Below are positions 19,295 through 25,781 of a stretch of DNA of 64,000 nt, piece by piece. The position numbers and the translations under genes are program-made. A model generated the notes under the pieces. That model saw only the letters and a list, made by a program, of their open reading frames with translations, made no database searches and had not been told where the DNA came from. Each line of letters starts with the position of its first letter. Position 1 is the stretch's first letter. Origin of the DNA: an uncultured virus (IMG/VR IMGVR_UViG_3300021598_001257) (Duplodnaviria > Heunggongvirae > Uroviricota > Caudoviricetes); the IMG/VR virus record IMGVR_UViG_3300021598_001257; one strand, 5' to 3'.

Positions 19295-19436
19295 TCAGGC
19301 TCGCCACCAATTCTTTGACTGGAAATTGGAAACCAGGCGGGAGAGAGTCCCATCCGCACCACTTGCTCTTGAGAGAAGCAAGAAACTCATAGGGGTCATT
19401 TTGACTCCACCACTTAGTTTTGTGAAACTAAGAAAA
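19295..19436 (-). ncRNA. wcaG/manA-type cyanophage structured RNA
   Basis: Repeated TTT-stem-TGGYG modules and a GCGGATGGGA..TCCCGC hairpin, upstream of a wcaG-family epimerase; family assignment recalled, not searched. Confidence 0.7.
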
Positions 19437-19647
19437 TTTGGGTTAACTTTGATATCTCGGTAATACCAAAGAATGCACATAAGAATAGTACATCCCAAAG
19501 TTTAAGTTTAATAGCAAAGGGTACTGTGAGTAATCCTCCAACAACCTTTATCATTAAACCATATTTAAATTCTCCCCATAACATAGTTTGATAACCAATG
19601 ATGAGGAGAATATTCCCAATCCACCGAAGCAAATCAGATTTAGACAT
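19414..19647 (-). CDS. small multi-TM hypothetical protein
   Basis: 77-aa ORF with three hydrophobic segments. Confidence 0.7.
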   Translation of the reverse strand: MSKSDLLRWIGNILLIIGYQTMLWGEFKYGLMIKVVGGLLTVPFAIKLKLWDVLFLCAFFGITEISKLTQIFLVSQN

Positions 19648-19695
19648 AAGGGGTTTTGCTCCCGACCAGTGCTGTTAAAGTCCATCCGTGACTAT

Positions 19696-19944
19696 TTACT
19701 CATCATCGTCTCTCACATAACAAGGGACCCTATCAGGGTCTAACCATTTCGCATATTCAATGTCTTCCATAGCAGTAGAACATTGTAGAACATTATCAAA
19801 AAGATAAATGTCATTCCAGCGTTTGGTGTATTCGTTTTGCTTTTGCATACGATAATCAGGTTTACCGTTGATTTCAAGAATACCAACTTCTACAAATCGA
19901 TATCCTTCACGTTCTAAAAGGACTTTAGGAAGTCGTGTTGTCAT
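19696..19944 (-). CDS. hypothetical protein
   Basis: 82-aa ORF with ATGA overlap. Confidence 0.7.
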   Translation of the reverse strand: MTTRLPKVLLEREGYRFVEVGILEINGKPDYRMQKQNEYTKRWNDIYLFDNVLQCSTAMEDIEYAKWLDPDRVPCYVRDDDE

Positions 19945-20156
19945 GCAACCTCAACGGATTCAAGATCTGCAAGAACATATTCCATAAGCATTTCATAGTC
20001 ATCAAGGGGATCACCAGAGAATACTACACCTTCATTCTCATAAAAACGACGAACCTTTTTGTAGAGTTTCGGATTCTTTACATCAAGATAGAAATCGCCG
20101 TTTGCTGCACCACGAAGGGTTTGAACGTCTTTCTTGAATTTTGCTGTGAGAGTCAT
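19941..20156 (-). CDS. hypothetical protein
   Basis: Start at MTLTAKF, downstream of a sigma70-like promoter. Confidence 0.7.
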   Translation of the reverse strand: MTLTAKFKKDVQTLRGAANGDFYLDVKNPKLYKKVRRFYENEGVVFSGDPLDDYEMLMEYVLADLESVEVA

Positions 20157-20178
20157 TGTTTTGAATGTTGACCTTAGT

Positions 20179-20207
20179 ATTATAAGGGTTTGACTTGGAG
20201 AAGTCAA
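20179..20207 (-). promoter_or_regulatory. sigma70-like early promoter
   Basis: TTGACT-N17-TATAAT. Confidence 0.8.
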
Positions 20208-20232
20208 GGTGGACAGATTTGTTTCTGTCCTA

Positions 20233-20305
20233 TGCTCCTTGCGTGGATCGAACACGCCTCGGGCGAATTATGAGTTCGCTGCATTCACCAGATTGCTAAA
20301 GGAGC
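20233..20305 (-). tRNA. tRNA with CAT anticodon (Met or Ile2)
   Basis: Cloverleaf; GCGAA-CTCATAA-TTCGC. Confidence 0.9.
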
Positions 20306-20307
20306 GA

Positions 20308-20379
20308 TGGGAATACTGGGAGTTGAACCCAGACTAAGCCCTTATAAGGAGCCCGCTCTAACCATTAAGCTATACTCCC
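20308..20379 (-). tRNA. tRNA-Ile(TAT)
   Basis: GGCTC-CTTATAA-GGGCT; T loop TTCAACT. Confidence 0.88.
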
Positions 20380-20380
20380 G

Positions 20381-20455
20381 TGGTAGGACTGCTGAGACTT
20401 GAACTCAGTTCACACCGTTATAAGCAGTGGGCCTTAACCCATAGGCGACAGTCCC
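20381..20455 (-). tRNA. tRNA-Ile(TAT) with encoded CCA
   Basis: CACTG-CTTATAA-CGGTG. Confidence 0.88.
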
Positions 20456-20494
20456 ATAAGACCAGATCTATTGTAGAGGACCTGGAACTCTTCG

Positions 20495-20725
20495 TCAAGA
20501 ACCTTCTTCGTGGTCGGTATGTATTCGTATTACATCAGCATCCACTTTAGATTCTACTGCAAACTTTATGGTTTCGTTATATGGAACTATCACTGCGTTT
20601 CTTTCTCCATCAGTAATAATAAATGATTCGCCATTTTCTACTCTTTCTATTAGATTATCAAAATCTTCTTGAAACTCTTCGACTGTAAACTTTTGGAGAT
20701 CTGAAAGTTCTGGATACATTTTCAT
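20495..20725 (-). CDS. Phd/YefM antitoxin-like protein
   Basis: FTVEEFQEDFDNLIERVENGESFIIT...AVIVP resembles the Phd/YefM DNA-binding fold. Confidence 0.55.
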   Translation of the reverse strand: MKMYPELSDLQKFTVEEFQEDFDNLIERVENGESFIITDGERNAVIVPYNETIKFAVESKVDADVIRIHTDHEEGS

Positions 20726-20743
20726 AAAGTGAAGTTTTATGAG

Positions 20744-20817
20744 TCGGAATGACAGGATTCGAACCTGCGACATCTCGCTCCCAAAGCGAGTGCTCTACCA
20801 AACTGAGCTACATTCCG
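20744..20817 (-). tRNA. tRNA-Pro(TGG)
   Basis: CTCGC-TTTGGGA-GCGAG. Confidence 0.95.
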
Positions 20818-20934
20818 TTACTTGTTTTTGTGTATAAACATAATACCAGCAAATGGTATGATTGTCAACCCACATCCACATAAGAAAAGAAAGAAAGGAC
20901 TTGCTGCTAGTGTCTCAACTAAGTGGAAAATCAT
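20818..20934 (-). CDS. small membrane protein (38 aa)
   Basis: Hand translation MIFHLVETLAASPFFLFLCGCG... Confidence 0.5.
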   Translation of the reverse strand: MIFHLVETLAASPFFLFLCGCGLTIIPFAGIMFIHKNK

Positions 20935-21131
20935 CTTCCTCTCCAGTTCTTGTATTCATAGTACATGTATTGGTCCACTTCGTCAAGTCCTTGTAATGGT
21001 GCATTATCTGTTCTAGTAGACCATTCTTTGCAAAACTGTTTAATATCTATATTGTTTGCAATACCGTGTCCATACATTCTCACAAAAGCAGACATTGCAA
21101 AATTATACTTTTGCTTATTGGGGATATGCAT
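20931..21131 (-). CDS. hypothetical protein
   Basis: ORF starting MHIPNKQKY with ATGA overlap to the next gene. Confidence 0.6.
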   Translation of the reverse strand: MHIPNKQKYNFAMSAFVRMYGHGIANNIDIKQFCKEWSTRTDNAPLQGLDEVDQYMYYEYKNWRGR

Positions 21132-21309
21132 TATTGAGTCCCCATACAATAAACAATCCAACAATACCAATGATAGTCATTGCTGTAAAAATTGTATTAC
21201 TCATCTTCTTCGTCCTCGTAAGTTGATGGTTCTTCGAAGAGTTCATCCATTTTTTGTTGAAAAACTCTTTGATTTAATTTTTGCAAATCTTCTTCTGTAA
21301 TTGATACCA

Positions 21310-21513
21310 TTAGTTTAAAGTAATTTTAAGAAATGGAAGTAAAGGTGGAATAACCCCAACCAATCTCAAAAGTCCCTCAGCAAATAAAGCAAGAACCACC
21401 CAACCGACGCACATACTAATGATAGAAGCATTACGGTTGTGTCTTCGTATAGCAGCATCGATCATCTCCTGAACTTCAGAACGTGTGATAAATTCTTCTT
21501 GTTCGTGCATCAT
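21310..21513 (-). CDS. hypothetical membrane protein
   Basis: 67-aa ORF with C-terminal hydrophobic helix. Confidence 0.65.
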   Translation of the reverse strand: MMHEQEEFITRSEVQEMIDAAIRRHNRNASIISMCVGWVVLALFAEGLLRLVGVIPPLLPFLKITLN

Positions 21514-21659
21514 TTCTCATCTCCAAGAAACTTTGCAAGAGGATCTTTTTTAGTCTTCACGATTTCACATGACCTATAATAAAACATATTATTGGTGTTA
21601 CCAGAGGCTTCAAAAGTTGCCTTGATCTTCACCCAATTATCATAGGTGTGTTGATCCAT
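21510..21659 (-). CDS. hypothetical protein (49 aa)
   Basis: Hand translation MDQHTYDNWVKIKATFEASGNT...; ATGA overlap. Confidence 0.6.
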   Translation of the reverse strand: MDQHTYDNWVKIKATFEASGNTNNMFYYRSCEIVKTKKDPLAKFLGDEK

Positions 21660-21774
21660 AGGTTTGTTCCTGTGATACTACTATATAATAATCACAGACA
21701 TTTTAAAGTCAACTCTTTGTGTTCATATCGTAACACTGTTGAAGAAATTGTTAAATTTGTAACTATTCTTAAAA

Positions 21775-21860
21775 CGGAAGCGGTAGGATTTGAACCCACG
21801 AACGCTATTAACGTTGGTTGTTTTCAAGACAACTGCCATAAACCACTCGGCCACGCTTCC
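21775..21860 (-). tRNA. tRNA-Ser(TGA)
   Basis: GTTGT-CTTGAAA-ACAAC, long variable arm. Confidence 0.95.
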
Positions 21861-21872
21861 AATATTAGAGGT

Positions 21873-22124
21873 TCAACGAACCTCAAAATCCAAACGCTTT
21901 ACTTTACGTTGGCGTCTTGCTTCCTGAAAAGCAAGATCTTGTGAAGAGAGAAAATTTGATTTTTGTTCTCTCTGAATAGAGTTTAACATAACAATGCGAG
22001 ATAAGTCAACAGCTGAAACTTTATCTCCACGAATTGTTGCCATATTTGGACAACCACAAGTAACTGTTTTAGTTTGGTGTCCTATTAATTCTTTATTACA
22101 ATCTTTACATCTTATTGAAATCAT
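21873..22124 (-). CDS. hypothetical Zn-ribbon protein
   Basis: CKDC...CGC. Confidence 0.7.
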   Translation of the reverse strand: MISIRCKDCNKELIGHQTKTVTCGCPNMATIRGDKVSAVDLSRIVMLNSIQREQKSNFLSSQDLAFQEARRQRKVKRLDFEVR

Positions 22125-22139
22125 TGTTCTTCATCCTAT

Positions 22140-22574
22140 TCATTGTAAGTGCGATCTTAACATCCAAACAAATTTGCCATGAGACTCCATTAAATCTTGA
22201 ACTAGATTGGCAGTAGCATATGACTTTTGATTTTCAGACTCTTCCGAAATCTCTTGCATCAGTTCACAAAACTTGGTATTGTTATCAAGAAGTTCTTGAA
22301 GCATTTCTTTTGCTCCTGTTGAACTTGCTGCTTCTTTGATTTGAGTTACCTCAAGCATTCTCGAAAGAGAACTGAGAGGTTTTACGTTCAAATAACGCAT
22401 ATGCTCTGAGAGACGATCAATCTCTTCAAACATAGTTTCATATTGACCACCGAAGAGTTGGTGGAGTTGGGTGAAATCTTCGCCAACAACATTCCAATGA
22501 AAAGCCCAGGTTTTATGGAATAAAACAAAAAGTGATGACTGAGCATCACTTAAGAGTTTATAAAGTTTTTCCAT
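22140..22574 (-). CDS. dps: Dps/ferritin-like protein
   Basis: FHWNVVG..F..LH..F..QY...IDRLSE. Confidence 0.92.
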   Translation of the reverse strand: MEKLYKLLSDAQSSLFVLFHKTWAFHWNVVGEDFTQLHQLFGGQYETMFEEIDRLSEHMRYLNVKPLSSLSRMLEVTQIKEAASSTGAKEMLQELLDNNTKFCELMQEISEESENQKSYATANLVQDLMESHGKFVWMLRSHLQ

Positions 22575-22601
22575 TATACTCTTTTTGAAATATTTATGCA
22601 A

Positions 22602-22931
22602 CTATCTTCCATAGTCATCTTGCAATCTTACTATATCATCTTCATCACACTTACCAACCTGAACTTCAATAAAGGTCAGACCATCACTGTCGGCAGATGC
22701 TCTATGAACGGATTGTTTTTGTATATAATATGAAGTCTTTGAAGAAGTTGAGTATTCAGTTCCATCAATAATTACTTTTCCAGATCCATCAACAATAGTC
22801 CAGTACTCATCTCTATGATTGTGATACTGTAGAGAGAACTGCTGATAAGGATTAACTACGATTCTTTTAACTTTATAATTTTCCTCTTCTAGAAGAATTT
22901 CATAAGTTCCCCAAGGTCTTTTGTATATCAT
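22602..22931 (-). CDS. mannose-6-phosphate isomerase type II C-terminal cupin
   Basis: RPWG, SLQYHNHRDEYW, IEVQVG, EDDIVRLQDDYGR. Confidence 0.9.
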   Translation of the reverse strand: MIYKRPWGTYEILLEEENYKVKRIVVNPYQQFSLQYHNHRDEYWTIVDGSGKVIIDGTEYSTSSKTSYYIQKQSVHRASADSDGLTFIEVQVGKCDEDDIVRLQDDYGR

Positions 22932-22948
22932 ATTTTTTACTTTATATA

Positions 22949-23020
22949 TGGGCGATGACGGATTCGAACCGCCGACCTACTCCGTGTAAAGGAGGCACTC
23001 TACCGCTGAGTTAATCGCCC
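22949..23020 (-). tRNA. tRNA-Val(TAC)
   Basis: CTCC-TTTACAC-GGAG. Confidence 0.95.
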
Positions 23021-23120
23021 TCTAACGGGGGTGATCAAGTCCCCGACCTAAGCAAACTTAGGATTTAGTGAATCGGATATGATAGTCCCGATTCTTATGA
23101 AAGAACCTAAGTCCTTTCAA

Positions 23121-23193
23121 CTGGGGCGGCAGGGATCGAACCTGCGACCTAGATGTTAACAGCATCCCGCTACTACCGCTGAGCTACACCCCA
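23121..23193 (-). tRNA. tRNA-Asn(GTT)
   Basis: GATG-CTGTTAA-CATC. Confidence 0.95.
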
Positions 23194-23198
23194 TTATA

Positions 23199-23268
23199 AG
23201 GAAGTTACTGGACTTACACCAGTTCAAAGGGCATTGTCTGCTTGTCTCGTTTCTTTGACTTAACTTCC
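23199..23268 (-). ncRNA. tRNA-like element with degenerate anticodon arm
   Basis: Acceptor GGAAGTT/AACTTCC, D-like GTC..GAC, T arm ACTGG-TGTAAGT-CCAGT. Confidence 0.65.
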
Positions 23269-23306
23269 TTTGGCGTCTACCTAGTTAATCGCTAGGGACT
23301 ACCAAG

Positions 23307-23378
23307 AGCGGAGTATCGGAATCGAACCGACGACATCTAACTTGGAAGGATAGCGTTCTACCGCTGAACTAACTCCGC
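23307..23378 (-). tRNA. tRNA-Gly(TCC)
   Basis: CTATC-CTTCCAA-GTTAG. Confidence 0.93.
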
Positions 23379-23382
23379 AGGA

Positions 23383-23534
23383 GGAAAACACAAAACGTGG
23401 CGGTGTTTTGTGTTTTCCAAGTTATAGCAACTTCAGAATGGCGGTTCTTTAGTTGCTAGGTTTGGCATCTACAGAATGGCCGTTCCATAGATACCGATTT
23501 GGCAATTATAAAGTGGCGGTTCTATAATTGCCAA
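23383..23534 (-). ncRNA. array of four hairpins with conserved C(C/G)GCCA loops
   Basis: Inverted repeats at 23383-23418, 23425-23458, 23462-23497 and 23499-23534; stems unrelated in sequence, loops conserved. Confidence 0.8.
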
Positions 23535-23592
23535 TTCCCAAAGTAGGATTCGAACCTACAAGTTATAAACTTCTACCTTTTAGATTTTAGGA
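23535..23592 (-). ncRNA. 58-nt mini tRNA-like element
   Basis: Acceptor TCCTAAA/TTTGGGA, canonical T arm GTAGG-TTCGAAT-CCTAC, shrunken D and anticodon arms. Confidence 0.7.
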
Positions 23593-23604
23593 TTTGTTTT
23601 TTAT

Positions 23605-23633
23605 ATAGTAACAAACTTTTGATAGTTTGTCAA
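23605..23633 (-). promoter_or_regulatory. sigma70-like promoter
   Basis: TTGACA-N17-TACTAT. Confidence 0.75.
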
Positions 23634-23634
23634 G

Positions 23635-23716
23635 TGTCGATGAGAGGACTTGAACCTCCACAGATTAATCTACTGGAACCTAAACCCAGCGCGTCTACCA
23701 ATTCCGCCACATCGAC
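23635..23716 (-). tRNA. tRNA-Leu(TAG)
   Basis: CTGGG-TTTAGGT-TCCAG, long variable arm. Confidence 0.93.
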
Positions 23717-23761
23717 TTGATGGAGTAAGTGTGATATATCTCATAAGGATATAACAGTGAC

Positions 23762-23812
23762 TTACCCTCTATCACTTTTATATAGTAACAGACTCTAAAG
23801 AATCAGTCAAGC
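23762..23812. repeat. 51-bp direct repeat, copy 1 (contains TTGACW-N17-TACTAT promoter on minus strand)
   Basis: Two mismatches versus 25143-25193. Confidence 0.9.
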
Positions 23813-24059
23813 ATCTAAAGGAAAGAAGCATTCTGAAGAAACTAAAAGAAAAATGCGAGAAGCAGCACAATCTTATAGAACTCCAGAATATAGGAAAAAA
23901 ATATCAGATAGAATGACTGGAAGAAAAATATCAGATGAAACTAGAGAAAGACAAAAAATTGCTGCTAAAAAAAGATGCGAAATGCAAAAACTTGATAGAA
24001 TGGTAAAGCAATCAAATCAAGTAAATTTTTTAATTTGTTTATGGGAATCTGATTTTTAA
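23799..24059 (+). pseudogene. C-terminal fragment of a homing endonuclease (NUMOD3-like repeats)
   Basis: KGKKHSEETKRKM and TGRKISDETRER; no nuclease domain; frame closed by TAA at 23796. Confidence 0.7.
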
Positions 24060-24641
24060 TCACCACGCCCAACTTACGGCTGAAAATCGACGACCACGAG
24101 TTGCTTCAGTTACGCCGTGTGGGTAGAGAAAAAGGCTGGGAAACATTATGATGTCGCCTTTACCAAGAGGCACAATGTAGTCGTCCCAAAAATATAAATC
24201 TGCTCCTTCATAGTCATCATTCAAATTTAGAATGAATGAAAGCACTGGAATTCCAGCGTCTTGTGTATTCCAGAGACTGTGAATGTGGTCGTGATGTTGT
24301 CTCATAATCTGACCAGGACTATAACGATTGAAACGAATCGCAGAGAACTTGTTCATAATCTGCATCGTTCGTTCACATTCAAAGTGATACTTGGCATTAT
24401 ATGCAGCACCTGCCTGAATCATAAAAGGCGTCAAGAGCGATTGATGTTCCGCAGTAATATTCTGAACATCAAGTTCCATTGTTTCTTCTGAACCAAATGT
24501 TCCCTGCACGGCATTATACCAACTATGAGGTCTCCATTCTTTCTTTTCAATCTCATCTACGAGATAATCACATAGATTTGGCGGAATAATACCACGCTCT
24601 ACGTGAATAAGGTCTTTCAGTTGTGTATTAGGATTGTTCAT
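24060..24641 (-). CDS. 2OG-Fe(II) oxygenase (prolyl-hydroxylase-like)
   Basis: RY..GQIMRQHHD, LNDDYEG, HGVT...RFS. Confidence 0.88.
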   Translation of the reverse strand: MNNPNTQLKDLIHVERGIIPPNLCDYLVDEIEKKEWRPHSWYNAVQGTFGSEETMELDVQNITAEHQSLLTPFMIQAGAAYNAKYHFECERTMQIMNKFSAIRFNRYSPGQIMRQHHDHIHSLWNTQDAGIPVLSFILNLNDDYEGADLYFWDDYIVPLGKGDIIMFPSLFLYPHGVTEATRGRRFSAVSWAW

Positions 24642-25156
24642 ACGCACCTCTCAAGTGGAAGATAAGTTAAAGAATTTATATCACCAAGACTACCCTTTGC
24701 CCAAGTATTAAAGGACAAACTGATTCGTTCTGTTTCTGATTGATTAGCAGGAACACTATGAGTCAGATTACTAGGGAAGATAATCAGTTCTCCTGCTTTC
24801 ATTGGCAACAGAAATGTAGCACTATTAAAGTTATTGAACTTCTCACATTGAAGACTCACATCTCTTTGTGATTTACTACGAAACTGAATGGGTGGTAGTT
24901 GTTCATTAATCACAGGATACCATACTCCACTCACCAAACTATTTGGGTGAACGTGTTCGTGATGAGATTCTCCTTTACCAGACTTGTTAATCCACGATTG
25001 AGTAATTACAAGTTCATCAGTAGAGTTCATAATCTCTTTGACGAACTTATAAATCTTGGATTGAATAAATGCTCTGATATTATTCAACTCTGGTTTATCA
25101 AGTACAAAAGTATCTTCTGACTGGCGATTGTAGTGAATCACATTACCCACTATCAC
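24638..25156 (-). pseudogene. 2OG-Fe(II) oxygenase (TIGR02466-like), apparently 5'-truncated
   Basis: SWIN, HEHVHPNS..SGVWY, IIFPS.L.HSV, RISLSFN; reading frame runs into the repeat and tRNA. Confidence 0.75.
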
Positions 25157-25193
25157 TTTTATATAGTAACAGACTCTAAAGAATCTGTCAAGC
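25143..25193. repeat. 51-bp direct repeat, copy 2
   Basis: Matches 23762-23812. Confidence 0.9.
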
Positions 25194-25266
25194 GTCCTTT
25201 GAGAGATTCGAACTCCCGACACATAGGTTCGTAGCCTACTGCTCTGTTCCACTGAGCTAAAAGGAC
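25193..25266 (-). tRNA. tRNA-Arg(ACG)
   Basis: GTAGG-CTACGAA-CCTAT. Confidence 0.93.
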
Positions 25267-25269
25267 AAG

Positions 25270-25341
25270 TTCTGAGAGTAGGATTCGAACCCACGAATGG
25301 CGGGACCAAAACCCGCTGCCTTACCACTTGGCGACCTCAGA
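25270..25341 (-). tRNA. tRNA-Gln(TTG)
   Basis: GCGGG-TTTTGGT-CCCGC. Confidence 0.93.
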
Positions 25342-25413
25342 AGCCCTCAGTCGGATTTGAACCAACGACCTACTCATTACTAGTGAGTTGCTCTACCACT
25401 GAGCTATAAGGGC
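25342..25413 (-). tRNA. tRNA-Thr(AGT)
   Basis: ACTCA-CTAGTAA-TGAGT. Confidence 0.9.
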
Positions 25414-25415
25414 GG

Positions 25416-25486
25416 GGTGCCGTGAGGGAATCGAACCCTCATATAGAGAACCACAATCTCCTGTCTTACCATTAGACTAACGACAC
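25416..25486 (-). tRNA. tRNA-His(GTG)
   Basis: GGAGA-TTGTGGT-TCTCT, C discriminator. Confidence 0.92.
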
Positions 25487-25487
25487 A

Positions 25488-25561
25488 AGGCAGTAGATAG
25501 ATTTGAACTATCGACCATAGGCATATGAGACCCGTGCTCTGCCAGACTGAGCTATACTGCC
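25488..25561 (-). tRNA. tRNA-Met(CAT)
   Basis: GGGT-CTCATAT-GCCT. Confidence 0.85.
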
Positions 25562-25564
25562 AAA

Positions 25565-25653
25565 CGGAAGTGGTTGGATTCGAACCAACGGATGCCTATA
25601 AAGACATCGGCGGATTAGCAATCCACTGCATTAGACCTCTCTGCCACACTTCC
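25565..25653 (-). tRNA. tRNA-Ser(GCT)
   Basis: GTGGA-TTGCTAA-TCCGC, long variable arm. Confidence 0.95.
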
Positions 25654-25707
25654 TTAATGTTGCCTTCAATTAACCTAAGTGCGATTTAGGTTGCCTCAAG
25701 ACAACAA

Positions 25708-25780
25708 TGGAAACAACTGGACTCGAACCAGTGGTCTTTCGATTATCAGTCGAATGCTTTACCAACTAAGCTATGTTTCC
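25708..25780 (-). tRNA. tRNA-Ile(GAT)
   Basis: TTCGA-CTGATAA-TCGAA. Confidence 0.95.
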
Positions 25781-25781
25781 T

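Noticed and set aside
19275..19498. Short ORFs over the wcaG-like RNA
   Set aside because: They overlap structured RNA and another ORF, with no coding signature
23021..23120. Resemblance to a pistol ribozyme (loop CUUAGG pairing with CCUAAG)
   Set aside because: Helix topology and conserved pistol nucleotides do not fit; kept only as an unknown structured RNA
23383..23534. Possible CRISPR mini-array or terminator cluster
   Set aside because: No identical direct repeats with spacers, no cas genes and no U tracts; only the loops are conserved
25157..25327. N-terminal extension of the 229-aa ORF 24638..25327
   Set aside because: It runs through tRNA-Gln, tRNA-Arg and a promoter, so it is spurious
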